From: Desulfobacterales bacterium
GTDB lineage: Bacteria; Desulfobacterota; Desulfobacteria; Desulfobacterales; UBA5852
NCBI GenBank assembly: GCA_963674755.2
Contig: CAXXVS010000002.1
Span: 416,001-480,000, forward strand
DNA length: 64,000 nt
Reading direction: 5' to 3'
Part shown: piece after piece, positions 47,387-58,735 of the stretch
How positions within the stretch are numbered: position 1 is the first letter of the stretch
Layout: the number at the start of each line of letters is the position of its first letter
Notes under the pieces: generated by a model
Database searches by the model: none
What the model was told of the DNA's origin: nothing
Seen by the model: only the letters and a program-made list of their open reading frames with translations
Translations under genes and position numbers: made by a program

Positions 47387-49918
47387 ATGTTGGGACAGTT
47401 TCTCACCAAAATTTTCGGCAGTCAAAACGAACGCATTCTTAAAAAGCTGAACCCGCTGGTAGACCAGATCAATCAGCTGGAAGCCGGCATCCAGGGCCTT
47501 GCTGATGATGCCCTAAAAGCGCGCACCGGAGACCTGAAGACGCGCTTAGCCAACGGCGAGCCGCTGGATGATCTGATACCGGAGGCCTTCGCCCTCGTTA
47601 GGGAAGCGTCGGTGCGGGCGCTGGGGATGCGGCATTTCGACTGCCAGTTGATTGGCGGCATGGTTTTGCATTCCGGGAAGATTGCTGAGATGAAGACCGG
47701 CGAGGGCAAAACCCTGGTGGCGACCCTGCCGGCCTACCTCAATGCCTTAACCGGATGCGGTGTCCATGTTATTACCGTGAACGACTACCTGGCAAGCCGC
47801 GATGCCGAATGGATGGGACGGATTTACCGCTTTCTCGGGCTGGAGGTCGACTGCATCGTGCACGGCCTCACCGACGCCGAGCGCAAGGCGGCCTATGGCG
47901 CCGATATCACTTACGGGACCAACAATGAATTCGGTTTTGATTACCTGCGCGATAACATGAAATTCGAGCGGGACCGCCTCGTTCAACGGGAGCTGCATTA
48001 CGCCATCGTGGACGAGGTGGACAGTATCCTGATCGATGAAGCCCGCACCCCTCTGATCATTTCGGGACCGGCGGAAAAGTCGACCCAGCTTTACTACGAG
48101 GTCAATGCTATTATCCCGCGCATGAAAAATGAAGATGATTTCACCATTGACGAAAAAGCCCGCAGTGTCACTCTCACCGAAGAGGGTGTGGCCCATGCCG
48201 AAAGCCTCCTCAAGGTAGACAATCTCTACGATCCGAAAAACATCGATCTATTGCATCATGTCCAACAAGCTTTGAAAGCCCATGCGCTTTTTAAGCTTGA
48301 TGTGGACTACATTGTTAAAAACGGTGAAGTGATCATCGTTGACGAGTTCACCGGGCGCCTGATGCCCGGGCGGCGATACAGTGAAGGCCTGCACCAGGCC
48401 TTGGAAGCCAAAGAAAATGTCAAAATCGAAAATGAAAATCAGACCCTGGCCTCCATCACCTTCCAGAACTATTTCCGCATGTACGACAAACTGGCGGGCA
48501 TGACCGGTACGGCCGACACCGAGGCCGCTGAATTCAAAAAGACCTACGATCTGGACGTGGTGGTCATTCCCACCAACAAACCCATGATTCGCAAGGATTC
48601 CTCGGATGTCATCTACAAAACCCGCAAGGAGAAGTTCGAGGCCGCCTTGGAAGAAATCGTGGACTGTCATGAAAAGGGGCAGCCGGTCCTGGTGGGCACC
48701 ATATCCATCGATGTTTCCGAGAGCTTCAGCAAAAAGCTGAAAAAACGCGGCATCCCGCACACGGTATTAAACGCCAAAAATCACGAAAAGGAAGCCGAAA
48801 TCATCTCCCAGGCCGGCCAGAAGGGGGCGGTGACCATCTCCACCAACATGGCCGGTCGCGGTACCGATATCGTATTGGGGGAGGGGGTTGTCGACCTCGG
48901 AGGATTGCACATCCTCGGTACCGAACGCCATGAAAGCCGTCGTATCGACAATCAGTTGCGGGGGCGCTCCGGGCGCCAGGGCGACCCCGGTTCCAGCCGG
49001 TTTTACCTTGCCCTGGAGGACGACCTGCTGCGCATCTTCGGCGGGGAGCGCATCACGGGCATCATGAACAAGCTCGGGATGGAGGAGGGCGAACCCATCG
49101 AAAATGCCCTGATCACCCGGGCCATCGAGAATGCCCAAGCCAAAGTCGAGGGGCATAACTTTGACATTCGTAAGCAGCTGCTGGAATACGACGATGTCAT
49201 GAACCAACAGCGCGAAGTAATCTACCAGCAGCGCCGCGAAGCCCTGACCGGCGAGAATCTGAAACCGTACATCGAAGCGATCATTGCGGAAATGGCCACA
49301 CAGATGGCCACAGACTGCGCTGACGAGCGTTTGCCTGCCGAAGAGTGGGATTGGAAAACACTGGAGGAGCGCGTTCTCAAGCAGTTCAATGCCCGTCTGC
49401 CCGCCCCCGATAAGGACACGCTGGACGGCTTGAATGCCGACGGGCTGGCCCAGTATATCGAAGACACGGCCCTCGCGGCTTACCAGGAGCGCGAGGAGAC
49501 CATCGGGTCCGAAAATATGCGCACCCTCGAGCGGCACATCATGTTGATGACCGTAGACAACTTGTGGAAGGATCATTTGCTGAGCATGGATCACCTCAAG
49601 GAAGGCATCGGGCTGCGCGGTTATGCCCAGCAGAACCCCCTCATCGTTTACAAAAAAGAGGGGTTTGAGATGTTTCAGGAAATGATTGAACGCATCAAGG
49701 AGGAGGCGGTCGGCATCCTGTATCGCGTTCAACTGGCCGAATCCGAGGAGGTCGAGCAGTTGCAGCGAACGCAGGAACAATCCCTGGTGTTTTCAGGGGG
49801 CGGCGACGGACCGCCGCCCAAGAAAAAACCGATCCGCAACCGTCAGGAAAAAATCGGCCGCAACGCCCCCTGCCCCTGCGGTAGTGGCAAAAAGTACAAG
49901 CATTGCTGTGGGCGCTAA
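47387..49918 (+). CDS. secA: Protein translocase subunit SecA
   Basis: [49 protein letters not shown] motif [13 protein letters not shown]. Confidence 0.98.
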   Translation: MLGQFLTKIFGSQNERILKKLNPLVDQINQLEAGIQGLADDALKARTGDLKTRLANGEPLDDLIPEAFALVREASVRALGMRHFDCQLIGGMVLHSGKIAEMKTGEGKTLVATLPAYLNALTGCGVHVITVNDYLASRDAEWMGRIYRFLGLEVDCIVHGLTDAERKAAYGADITYGTNNEFGFDYLRDNMKFERDRLVQRELHYAIVDEVDSILIDEARTPLIISGPAEKSTQLYYEVNAIIPRMKNEDDFTIDEKARSVTLTEEGVAHAESLLKVDNLYDPKNIDLLHHVQQALKAHALFKLDVDYIVKNGEVIIVDEFTGRLMPGRRYSEGLHQALEAKENVKIENENQTLASITFQNYFRMYDKLAGMTGTADTEAAEFKKTYDLDVVVIPTNKPMIRKDSSDVIYKTRKEKFEAALEEIVDCHEKGQPVLVGTISIDVSESFSKKLKKRGIPHTVLNAKNHEKEAEIISQAGQKGAVTISTNMAGRGTDIVLGEGVVDLGGLHILGTERHESRRIDNQLRGRSGRQGDPGSSRFYLALEDDLLRIFGGERITGIMNKLGMEEGEPIENALITRAIENAQAKVEGHNFDIRKQLLEYDDVMNQQREVIYQQRREALTGENLKPYIEAIIAEMATQMATDCADERLPAEEWDWKTLEERVLKQFNARLPAPDKDTLDGLNADGLAQYIEDTALAAYQEREETIGSENMRTLERHIMLMTVDNLWKDHLLSMDHLKEGIGLRGYAQQNPLIVYKKEGFEMFQEMIERIKEEAVGILYRVQLAESEEVEQLQRTQEQSLVFSGGGDGPPPKKKPIRNRQEKIGRNAPCPCGSGKKYKHCCGR

Positions 49919-50183
49919 CCCGTTTCGGCCGGCCTTATGCCGGAACACTGGCTCAACCACCCAGCCTGTTTTCTATGGGGCCTGTAACCGCCTTTTCCCA
50001 GATCAGGATAGTCGCGCCGGGGGCGTTATCCTTTACGAACACCGGTTTTCCCGTTTAAGCGGCAACCCTCAATCATAGACCTTTACAAGATCGGTCGCCG
50101 ATGCTTATCATGAAATTGGTTTATCAAGATCCCACCTACGGGTACAAGATGCCGGAGCGTCATTCTGGAGGTCGTCAGCATCC

Positions 50184-50498
50184 ATGAGTCAGCAGCAGTC
50201 CGATTCCGACATTGCATTATTCCCGAAGCATGCCAGTGAGGTGCGCGAGCCCTCCATGTACCGGGTGATGTTGATTAATGACGATTATACGACCATGGAG
50301 TTCGTCGTGGAGATCCTGGTCAGGGTTTTTCATAAACCTTACGATGAGGCCACGCGCATCATGCTCCATGTTCACCAGAAAGGCGCCGGCCTGTGTGGCA
50401 TCTATACGTTTGAAGTGGCCGAGAGCAAGGTCCAGACGGTTCACACTTTGGCCCGCGAGAATGGGTTCCCGCTAAAATGTACCATGGAAAAGGAATGA
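50184..50498 (+). CDS. clpS: ClpS N-degron adaptor
   Basis: YRVMLINDDYTTMEFVV...MLHVH...FPL. Confidence 0.96.
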   Translation: MSQQQSDSDIALFPKHASEVREPSMYRVMLINDDYTTMEFVVEILVRVFHKPYDEATRIMLHVHQKGAGLCGIYTFEVAESKVQTVHTLARENGFPLKCTMEKE

Positions 50499-50501
50499 GC
50501 C

Positions 50502-52742
50502 ATGATCAGTAAGGAACTCAGCGCAACACTTGGGTTGGCAGTCAAGGAAGCCAAGAAGCGACGACACGAATATGTGAGTACGGAACACATCCTGTTTGCA
50601 ATCCTTTTCGATCATACCGGCATTCAAATCATCGAAGGCTGCGGTGGGGTCGTGGAGGAACTGAAGCGCGATCTGGAAAAATTCTTCGAGGAGCGTGTGG
50701 AAAGCATCCCCGAGGGCCAGGAATATGTCCTCCAACAAACCCTGGGGTTTCAGCGGGTCATCCAACGGGCCGTCAATCATGCCCGCTCGGCGGAAAAATC
50801 GGAAGTCAATGTCAGCGATATCATGGCCTCCATTTTTTTGGAAAAAGACTCCTTTGCCGAGTACTTTTTGACCTCCCAGGGCCTGACGCGTCTCGATGTG
50901 CTGAGCTACATTTCCCACGAGGCGGAAGTGGACCCCTTCCAGCCGGACCGCTCGGATCCCGGTAAAATGACGGATGCCAAAGAAAAGAAAGACGCCGCCA
51001 ACCCGCTGGAAGCCTATACCGTCGATCTGGTGGAAAAGGCCGCCGAAGGCATGCTGGATCCCCTGATCGGCCGGGAGATGGAATTGGAGCGCACCCTGCA
51101 GGTGCTCTGTCGACGTCGCAAAAACAACCCTGTCTTCGTGGGGGATCCCGGTGTCGGTAAGACCGCCATTGCCGAGGGATTGGCCCAGCGCATTCATGCC
51201 GAGGAGGTGCCGGATCTGCTGAGCAAGGTTCGGATCTATGCTCTCGATCTGGGCGGGCTGCTGGCGGGTACCAAATATCGGGGGGATTTTGAAAAGCGTC
51301 TCAAGGGCGTCATCAACGAGCTCAAAAAACGGACGGATGCGATTCTTTTCATCGACGAAATTCACACCATCGTGGGTGCCGGTGCCACCAGCGGCGGATC
51401 CATGGATGCCTCCAACATTCTCAAGCCCGTTCTGACCTCGGGCGAACTGCGCTGCATCGGGTCGAGCACCTACGAGGAATACAAAAATCACTTCGAGAAA
51501 GATCGCGCGCTGTCGCGCCGGTTTGAGAAGATCGAAATCGCGGAGCCCAGTGTCCCCCAAACCGTCAAGATTTTAAAAGGGCTCAAAAGCCGCTACGAGG
51601 AGCATCACGGTATTGTCTACACCGACACCGCCCTCAAGGCCGCAGCGGAATTGTCGGCCAAATATGTCAACGATCGGTTTCTGCCGGACAAGGCCATCGA
51701 CGTCATCGACGAAGCAGGCGCCTTTGTGCGGTTGAGCGGATCGTCCCGGCGCACCAAGATCAACCCGTCGGATATTGAGAAAATCGTAGCCAAAATGGCC
51801 AAGATCCCGCCCCAGAGCGTATCGACTTCCGACAAGGTCAAACTGGAGCAGTTGGAGTCCCACCTGAAAGAGGTGGTTTTCGGACAGGACGCGGCCCTCT
51901 CGTCCCTGGCCACGTCCATCAAACGGTCCCGGGCGGGGCTGGGCACCCCGGGCAAACCGGTGGGCTCTTTCTTGTTTACCGGGCCCACCGGGGTGGGCAA
52001 GACCGAGGTGGCGCTGCAGCTGGCACGGCTGCTGGATGTGGAATTCCTGCGCTTCGACATGAGCGAATACATGGAAAAACATGCCGTTGCGCGGATGATC
52101 GGCGCACCTCCGGGCTATGTGGGATTCGACCAGGGGGGGCTGCTGACCGACGGGATCCGCAAGCATCCCCACAGCGTTCTTTTAATGGATGAAATCGAAA
52201 AGGCCCACCCGGACATCTACAATATCCTGCTGCAGGTCATGGATCATGCGACCCTGACCGACAACAACGGCAAAAAAGCCGATTTCCGCAATGTCATCCT
52301 GATCATGACCTCCAATGCCGGAACACGGGAAATGGGGACCGCCACCATCGGCTTCGGTGACAAGACCAAGGACACCCAGTCCAAGGGCCAGAAAGCCATT
52401 GAACGCTATTTCAGCCCGGAATTCCGCAACCGTCTTGACGGCACGATTCTCTTCCATGCCCTTACCGTTGAAATCATGGAGCAGATCGTGGACAAGTTCA
52501 TCAATGAGCTAAACGAACAAATGGCCGGCAAAAGAGTTTACATCAACATTTCGGATGCCGTTCGCAACTGGTTGGCCCGGGAAGGTTACGATCCCAGCTA
52601 TGGTGCCCGGCCCCTGGGACGTGTGATTCAGAAAGAGATCAAAGACCGTCTGGCGGATGAGATTCTTTTCGGCAAATTGGTCAAAGGCGGGGTCATCTTT
52701 GTGGACCGCAACGACAAGGAGCTGACCTTCAAAGTCGAATAA
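50502..52742 (+). CDS. clpA: ClpA ATP-binding subunit
   Basis: Two AAA+ modules ([16 protein letters not shown]), IGF loop, no M-domain; follows clpS. Confidence 0.96.
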   Translation: MISKELSATLGLAVKEAKKRRHEYVSTEHILFAILFDHTGIQIIEGCGGVVEELKRDLEKFFEERVESIPEGQEYVLQQTLGFQRVIQRAVNHARSAEKSEVNVSDIMASIFLEKDSFAEYFLTSQGLTRLDVLSYISHEAEVDPFQPDRSDPGKMTDAKEKKDAANPLEAYTVDLVEKAAEGMLDPLIGREMELERTLQVLCRRRKNNPVFVGDPGVGKTAIAEGLAQRIHAEEVPDLLSKVRIYALDLGGLLAGTKYRGDFEKRLKGVINELKKRTDAILFIDEIHTIVGAGATSGGSMDASNILKPVLTSGELRCIGSSTYEEYKNHFEKDRALSRRFEKIEIAEPSVPQTVKILKGLKSRYEEHHGIVYTDTALKAAAELSAKYVNDRFLPDKAIDVIDEAGAFVRLSGSSRRTKINPSDIEKIVAKMAKIPPQSVSTSDKVKLEQLESHLKEVVFGQDAALSSLATSIKRSRAGLGTPGKPVGSFLFTGPTGVGKTEVALQLARLLDVEFLRFDMSEYMEKHAVARMIGAPPGYVGFDQGGLLTDGIRKHPHSVLLMDEIEKAHPDIYNILLQVMDHATLTDNNGKKADFRNVILIMTSNAGTREMGTATIGFGDKTKDTQSKGQKAIERYFSPEFRNRLDGTILFHALTVEIMEQIVDKFINELNEQMAGKRVYINISDAVRNWLAREGYDPSYGARPLGRVIQKEIKDRLADEILFGKLVKGGVIFVDRNDKELTFKVE

Positions 52743-52884
52743 TTCCCAGAGACGGGCGGCAACCGCGAAGATTCTGGGATTTCCCAGGCCGGGCAACACG
52801 ATGTGTTGACCCGGCCCGGCTGTCTCTGACACCTAACTTGGTCGCAACTTTCCCAATCGAGAGGATTGACGCGATCCGGCACCT

Positions 52885-53604
52885 ATGCCTGTCTTCCGAT
52901 TATCCAGCAACCTGACCTTTCCACCGCCCCACTTGGCGATCGCTGAGGGCCTTTTGGCGGTAGGGGGGGATTTAAGCGTTGAGAGGCTTGTACTGGCCTA
53001 TAGCCAGGGGATCTTCCCCTGGTACGCGGAAGAAGATCCCATCCTCTGGTGGTCGCCCGATCCCCGTCTCGTTCTTTATCCCGCCGAGCTGCATGTTTCC
53101 CGCTCATTGCGCAAAGTCTTGCGGCAGCAGACATTTGAGGTTACGCTGGATCAGGCCTTCAGTAGGGTTATCCGGGCCTGTGCCGGAAATCGGGGGCCGG
53201 ACCACCCGGGCACCTGGATCGTGCCGGAAATGATGGCGGCTTACGAGGCCCTGCATGCCGCCGGGCTGGCCCATTCGGTGGAAGCCTGGCAGGGGGATAT
53301 GCTGGCAGGCGGCCTGTACGGCGTCTCACTGGGGGGCGTTTTTTTCGGCGAGTCCATGTTCACCCGTGTCAGCAATGCATCCAAAGTGGCGCTGGTCCGG
53401 CTGGTGGCGGGCCTGCGGCGAGCCGGTTTTCGCCTGATCGATTGTCAGGTGACCACGGCACACCTGATGCGTTTGGGGGCCCGGGAGATTTCCCGCACCC
53501 GCTTTATGAATGAATTGCAGCGGGGCCTGAAAAGCGCCACCCGCCAGGGCGTGTGGCGCCTTTCAGATAGAGAGGGGATTGCCGCCGAAGCGCAACCCGG
53601 TTGA
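52885..53604 (+). CDS. aat: Leucyl/phenylalanyl-tRNA-protein transferase
   Basis: GLLAVGGDL, GIFPW, WWSPDPR, FFGESMF, IDCQ. Confidence 0.96.
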   Translation: MPVFRLSSNLTFPPPHLAIAEGLLAVGGDLSVERLVLAYSQGIFPWYAEEDPILWWSPDPRLVLYPAELHVSRSLRKVLRQQTFEVTLDQAFSRVIRACAGNRGPDHPGTWIVPEMMAAYEALHAAGLAHSVEAWQGDMLAGGLYGVSLGGVFFGESMFTRVSNASKVALVRLVAGLRRAGFRLIDCQVTTAHLMRLGAREISRTRFMNELQRGLKSATRQGVWRLSDREGIAAEAQPG

Positions 53605-53624
53605 CGTCTTGGCGCGCTCCCGAT

Positions 53625-54326
53625 CTAGGCGAAAACCAAGCGGGTATCGGTTTTGCGACAGGCGGCCACGGCCCGGCAGAAGGCGATTACTTTGTTGATA
53701 TCCTTGCGGCCGGGCGTGCTCTCCACCCCCGAGCTGACATCGACGGCATCCGGGTTTGCGTCCGCGATGGCCTGGCGGATATTGTCCGGCGTCAAACCGC
53801 CGGCCAGGACCACCGGCTGTTCGCCGGAAAGCCGGCGGGCATCGGACCAGTCCCACTGCATGGCGTTGCCCCCCGGCAGGCGACCGCCGGCGCATTCGAC
53901 CAGGAAGGCGGACGCCGGGTAGCGGAGTGCCTGATCGAGACTCGGACGGACGTTGACAAACAAGGCCTTGATGACGATCAGACCTTCCGCGCCTAAGGCG
54001 CCGACCAGGGCGGGGGCTTCCTGGCCATGGAGCTGCACGGCCCGCAAACCGCCCACATCCACCACTTCCATAATTCTCGCGAAGGGTTCGTTGACGAAGA
54101 CCCCTACCGGGCAGACGCTCTCCGGCAGGGCCGCTGTAATCGCGCGGATCTTGCGGTCGTCAACGTGGCGGGGGCTTTTGGGAAAGGAGACGATGCCGAT
54201 GGCGTCCGCTCCGGCCCGGGCGCAGGCCTCAGCCTCGCGGGGAGACGTGAGGCCGCAGATTTTGATCTGGGCTCTGTGTGGCGGGCGTTCCATTTCCATG
54301 GGGCGGCCTTCCTTTACCGCGGTCAT
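53625..54326 (-). CDS. trpF: Phosphoribosylanthranilate isomerase (alternative start 54299)
   Basis: IKICGL, VQLHG, LAGGL, VDVSSGVE. Confidence 0.94.
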   Translation of the reverse strand: MTAVKEGRPMEMERPPHRAQIKICGLTSPREAEACARAGADAIGIVSFPKSPRHVDDRKIRAITAALPESVCPVGVFVNEPFARIMEVVDVGGLRAVQLHGQEAPALVGALGAEGLIVIKALFVNVRPSLDQALRYPASAFLVECAGGRLPGGNAMQWDWSDARRLSGEQPVVLAGGLTPDNIRQAIADANPDAVDVSSGVESTPGRKDINKVIAFCRAVAACRKTDTRLVFA

Positions 54327-55132
54327 CTATATGATTTCGAGGCCGGCGGGTGCGGCAGAAGCGATCGGAGGTGCTTAACGGGATTGTCCGCCCGTACCAG
54401 GCTTTCGCCGATCAGGAAGTTGAACACCCCGTGGGCCAGATTGATCCGGATGTCTTCCGGACTTGCGATACCGCTGGCGGCTACGGGGATCTGCCCTGGC
54501 CCCAAACGCCGGGCCATGGCCATGGCGTTGCCAATATCCGTATCAAAGGTCGCCAGGTTGCGGTTGTTGATCCCGATCAGGCGGGCACCGCAGGCCCGGG
54601 CCATTGCCAGATCGTCTTCCGTATGGATTTCCACCAAAGCATCCATGCCCAGCGAGCGGCTTAGAGCGATGAGGTGTTCGAGCTGCCGGGGGGATAGGAT
54701 GCGGCAGATGAGCAGGACCGCATCGGCTCCCAGGGCGCGGGATTCGTAAATCTGGTAGTCGTCGATGAGAAAATCCTTGCGCAGGACGGGCAGTTGGACG
54801 GCCTGGCGGGCGGCCAGGAGGTCTTCCGGGCTGCCCTGGAAAAAATCCCGGTCGGTCAGCACGGAAAGGGCCGCCGCCCCTCCGGCGGCATACTCCCGGG
54901 CCAACTGCGCCGGATCCAGGTCGAGCCGCAGGGGGCCCTTGGAGGGCGAAGCCCGTTTGATTTCGGCAATGATATTCGCGCCGTGAGGCCCGGGCGTTTT
55001 GAGGGCATCATAAAAAGAGCGCCGATCCCCGCGGCGGACGTTCTCTTCACGCAGACGTTCCAGCGGAATTTGACGACGGGCCGCTTCGACTTCCTCTTTT
55101 TTCCGCGCCACGATGCGGGTCAGTATATCCAC
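54323..55132 (-). CDS. trpC: Indole-3-glycerol-phosphate synthase
   Basis: IAEIKRASPSKG, SVLTD, LRKDF, GINNRNL, LIGESL. Confidence 0.96.
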   Translation of the reverse strand: MDILTRIVARKKEEVEAARRQIPLERLREENVRRGDRRSFYDALKTPGPHGANIIAEIKRASPSKGPLRLDLDPAQLAREYAAGGAAALSVLTDRDFFQGSPEDLLAARQAVQLPVLRKDFLIDDYQIYESRALGADAVLLICRILSPRQLEHLIALSRSLGMDALVEIHTEDDLAMARACGARLIGINNRNLATFDTDIGNAMAMARRLGPGQIPVAASGIASPEDIRINLAHGVFNFLIGESLVRADNPVKHLRSLLPHPPASKSYR

Positions 55133-55194
55133 GTTCGATCCTTTCGCTCCCGAAGGTCATCCATCGGCTGATTCCTTCAGGCCGTGGCTGTCGT

Positions 55195-56214
55195 TCAAGA
55201 GGCATGCTCCTGGGTAAAGGCCGCCAGCGCCGCCAGCTTTTCACGGGCCGCCCCGCTGTCAATGGCCTCTTTAGCCAAGTTGATACCCTCGGCGAAATCC
55301 TCACACTTGCCGGCGGCCGTCAGGGCCGCAGCCGTATTGAGCAAGACCACATCTCGGCGGGGTCCGGGCTCGCCGTCTAAAATCCGGCGGGTGATATCCG
55401 CATTGGTGGCCGGATCCCCCCCCAACAGCGCCCCGGGTTCGGCCAGGGCGTCAAAATAGTCCTCCGGGTTGAGATTGAAGGTCCGGACCTGACCGTTCTG
55501 CAGCTCGGATACCCGTGTGGGGGCACAGACCGAAATTTCATCCAGCCCGTCGTGGCCGTGAACGACATAGGCCCGCCGAGATCCCAGCAAACGCAACGCC
55601 TGGGCGAACATCTCTGTCAATTCCGGTGCGTAGACCCCGATGACCTGGCAGTTGGCCCCCGCCGGGTTGGTCAGGGGCCCCAGCATATTAAAGATACTGC
55701 GCAGCCCCAGTTCTTTGCGCGCCGGTGCCGCAAAGCGCATGGCACTGTGATAGAGGGGGGCAAAAAGAAAGCCGATGCCGATATCGTCCACGGCCTCTTC
55801 CACCAGTTCCGGATCGACATCCAGCCGCACGCCGAGTGCTTCCAGTACATCGGCACTGCCGCATTTGCTCGAAACCGAACGGTTGCCGTGTTTGGCGACC
55901 GTGATGCCGCAGCCGGCAACGACAAAAGCGGAGGTCGTCGATATATTGAAGGTGTTGGCACAATCGCCTCCTGTACCAACGGTGTCGACGATGGTGCCGG
56001 AGGATACCTGGATGCGGTGAGCCTTGCGGCGCATGGCGCGGGCCGCTCCCACCAGCTCCTCATTGGTCTCGCCTTTTGTGGCTAAAGCCGCCATGAGGGC
56101 CCCGATCTGGGTGTCGGTCAGATTGCCCGAAAAGAGCTCGGTCATCACTTCGGCCATTTGGCCTTCATCCAGACTGGTGCCTTCCACGATGCGTTTGAGA
56201 TGGTCACGAAACAT
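55195..56214 (-). CDS. trpD: Anthranilate phosphoribosyltransferase
   Basis: DTVGTGGD, NIST, KHGNRSVSSKCGSAD, GLDE; RBS GGAGG before MFRDH. Confidence 0.96.
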   Translation of the reverse strand: MFRDHLKRIVEGTSLDEGQMAEVMTELFSGNLTDTQIGALMAALATKGETNEELVGAARAMRRKAHRIQVSSGTIVDTVGTGGDCANTFNISTTSAFVVAGCGITVAKHGNRSVSSKCGSADVLEALGVRLDVDPELVEEAVDDIGIGFLFAPLYHSAMRFAAPARKELGLRSIFNMLGPLTNPAGANCQVIGVYAPELTEMFAQALRLLGSRRAYVVHGHDGLDEISVCAPTRVSELQNGQVRTFNLNPEDYFDALAEPGALLGGDPATNADITRRILDGEPGPRRDVVLLNTAAALTAAGKCEDFAEGINLAKEAIDSGAAREKLAALAAFTQEHAS

Positions 56215-56227
56215 CTTGCTATCCCTC

Positions 56228-56815
56228 CTATGGCGATAAATGGTCGGGGCCGGCATTGCGCAGAAAATTCCTGAGCAAACGCTTGCCGACGGTGGTCATG
56301 ATGGATTCGGGGTGGAATTGGAGCCCCTCGGTGTTGTGCACCCGGTGCCGGATGCCCATGATTTCGCCGTCCTCGGCTTCGGCCGTAACCAGCAGGCACT
56401 CCGGCAGGGTTTCCCGTTCCACCGCCAGAGAATGATAGCGCATGGCCTTGAAGGGGCTTTTGACGCCGTTGAAGACGGATTTTCCGTCGGCGGTTACGCT
56501 GGATGTCTTGCCATGCATCAACTGCCGGGCGCCGATGATGCGCCCCCCGAAGGCAGCGGCGATGGCCTGATGGCCGAGGCATATTCCCAGAATGGGGATA
56601 CGGCCGGAAAAGGTGCGGATGACATCCATGGAAATGCCGGCCTCCTGGGGAGCTCCGGGGCCGGGTGATACCACGATGGCCTCCGGTGCCATGGCTTCGA
56701 TGGCCTCTATGGTCAGGGCATTGTTGCGGGCCACCTCGACCTCGGCCCCGAGCTGCCTCAGGTACTGGACCAGATTATAGGTGAACGAGTCGAAGTTATC
56801 GATCATCAGGATCAT
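56228..56815 (-). CDS. trpG: Anthranilate synthase component II (glutamine amidotransferase)
   Basis: IDNFDSFTYNL, SPGPG, GICLGHQ, RYHSL, QFHPES. Confidence 0.95.
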   Translation of the reverse strand: MILMIDNFDSFTYNLVQYLRQLGAEVEVARNNALTIEAIEAMAPEAIVVSPGPGAPQEAGISMDVIRTFSGRIPILGICLGHQAIAAAFGGRIIGARQLMHGKTSSVTADGKSVFNGVKSPFKAMRYHSLAVERETLPECLLVTAEAEDGEIMGIRHRVHNTEGLQFHPESIMTTVGKRLLRNFLRNAGPDHLSP

Positions 56816-56817
56816 GA

Positions 56818-58314
56818 TCAGGCTCCCTTCCGGGCCGATGGCCGCAGCATTTTCAGGGCACGGTCCATGGCTTTGGCCTTGTTGACCGTTTCCAGACGTT
56901 CGCTTTCCGGATCGGAATCGGCCACGATACCGGCCCCGGCCCGCACCGTCAGACGGTTGTCTTCAATACAGGCCGTGCGGATGGTGATGGCCATATCCAT
57001 GTTGCCGTTGAAGGAGATATACCCCACCGCCCCGCCATAGGGACCGCGGGGCTCGCGCTCCAGGGCGGCAATGATTTCCATGGCGCGGATTTTCGGTGCG
57101 CCGCTCAAGGTGCCCGCCGGGAAGGTGGCGGCCAGCAGGTCGAACGCATCGCAGCCGGCCAGCAGGTCGCAGGTGATATTCGATACGAGGTGCATGACAT
57201 GGGAATAGCGTTCCACCACCATGAGATCCGTCACCTGGACGGTGCCGGTTTCAGCCACGCGGCCCAGGTCGTTGCGACCCAGGTCCACCAGCATTAAATG
57301 CTCGGCCTTCTCCTTTTCGTCTTCCAGCAGTTCACTGGCCAGTTGGCGGTCCGCTCGGTCGTCGCGCCCCCGGGGACGCGTGCCGGCGATGGGGCGCAGG
57401 GTGGCGGACCCGTTTTCCAGCCGGACCATGGTTTCGGGCGAAGATCCCACCAGGGCCAGTCCGTCCAGATTCAGGTAGAACAAATAAGGTGAGGGGTTGA
57501 TATAGCGTTGGGCGCGGTAGAGCGACCAGGGATCGGGGGGGGCATCACAGATGAAAGGTTGCGATATGACGGCCTGAATGATGTCGCCGGCGCGGATGTG
57601 CTGTTTGACCGTTTGGACGGCTTCGCGGAAATCATTATCGGGGTGGACGGCACGCAGCGCATCGGGTTCGCTGGCCGCGCTATTTTCCGGCAAGGGAGGC
57701 AGGGGATCGGCCAGATATTTCAGTTGCTGCTCCAGACGACCGCGGGCCGCATCATAGGCGGCCGCCGGGGTCAGGCCGTCCGCGGTAAAGGTCAGATCCA
57801 CCAGGGTGAGGGTATGGCTGACGTTGTCAAAAATCAGGAGCTGGTCGGGGATGACAAAATGGGCCAAGGGTTTCTCAGCGGGCCATTGATGGGGGATGGC
57901 TTCCAAAAAACTGACGGTTTCGTAGGTCATGTAGCCGACCATGCCGCCCCAGAAGCGGGGCAGGGCAGGGATATCGGCCGGACGGTAGGTCGCCAGGATC
58001 TTCTTCAGCACCTGCAGTGGAGCCCCGCCATGGGGTATCCGTTCTTCGTGTTCCTGCCCGCTGACCGTTACCGCATCGCCAAAAACACGGATATGGCTGC
58101 GGGCCGAGGTTCCCATGAAACTGTAACGCCCCCAGCGCTCGCCGCCCTCGACACTTTCGAACAAAAACAGATCGGCATTCTGTCGATAGAATTTGCCCAA
58201 CAAGGACACCGGTGTCTCGGTATCGGCCAGAATTTCCAGGCAAATCGGCACCACATCGGCTTGTTGGTAGGCCGCGCAAAAGGTCGCGCGGTCGGGAAAG
58301 CAATTCAATAACAT
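56818..58314 (-). CDS. trpE: Anthranilate synthase component I
   Basis: FESVEGG, NPSPY, PIAGT, EHLMLVDLGRND, GTLSGAPK, AGAGIV. Confidence 0.96.
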   Translation of the reverse strand: MLLNCFPDRATFCAAYQQADVVPICLEILADTETPVSLLGKFYRQNADLFLFESVEGGERWGRYSFMGTSARSHIRVFGDAVTVSGQEHEERIPHGGAPLQVLKKILATYRPADIPALPRFWGGMVGYMTYETVSFLEAIPHQWPAEKPLAHFVIPDQLLIFDNVSHTLTLVDLTFTADGLTPAAAYDAARGRLEQQLKYLADPLPPLPENSAASEPDALRAVHPDNDFREAVQTVKQHIRAGDIIQAVISQPFICDAPPDPWSLYRAQRYINPSPYLFYLNLDGLALVGSSPETMVRLENGSATLRPIAGTRPRGRDDRADRQLASELLEDEKEKAEHLMLVDLGRNDLGRVAETGTVQVTDLMVVERYSHVMHLVSNITCDLLAGCDAFDLLAATFPAGTLSGAPKIRAMEIIAALEREPRGPYGGAVGYISFNGNMDMAITIRTACIEDNRLTVRAGAGIVADSDPESERLETVNKAKAMDRALKMLRPSARKGA

Positions 58315-58386
58315 TGCGAAAACCTTCCATCTTATCCGGGGCGTCCGCCGCGCCTCCAAGGATCGTTGCGGGTTTATGCGCTCTCT

Positions 58387-58426
58387 AAAAATAGAGAGGC
58401 CGTGGGGTTGGCTGCACCACGGCCTC
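58387..58426 (-). terminator. trp attenuator terminator
   Basis: GAGGCCGTGG/CCACGGCCTC stem followed by TCTATTTTT on the minus strand; upstream GCCTCAAA can pair with TTTGAGGC to form an antiterminator. Confidence 0.85.
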
Positions 58427-58514
58427 AAAATACGAAACCGCAGGCTTTGAGGCGGCCCACGGTTTGCGCTGATCTTATGTCTGGTCGAAAGGATGCGTCA
58501 ACCGGCGGTACGCC

Positions 58515-58583
58515 TCAGGGCATATGCCACCAGCACCACCACCAGCGGTATTCGATGCAATGATGTCCGGTTGAACGTTTCAT
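58515..58583 (-). CDS. trpL: trp operon leader peptide MKRSTGHHCIEYRWWWCWWHMP (not in the ORF track)
   Basis: 22 codons including 5 Trp, upstream of the attenuator and trpE. Confidence 0.9.
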   Translation of the reverse strand: MKRSTGHHCIEYRWWWCWWHMP

Positions 58584-58735
58584 CCGTAATTGTACCTTTT
58601 GGCGAGATGCCATTGAAATGAGAAATCATTGTCACGGATCGCAGGGCTTGTCAAGAGTCTATCGACGCGCCCTCCTGCTGGAGCGCGGCAGAACACGCCA
58701 CCGAATCCGAATATGACGCTGATCGGCGGGTCATC

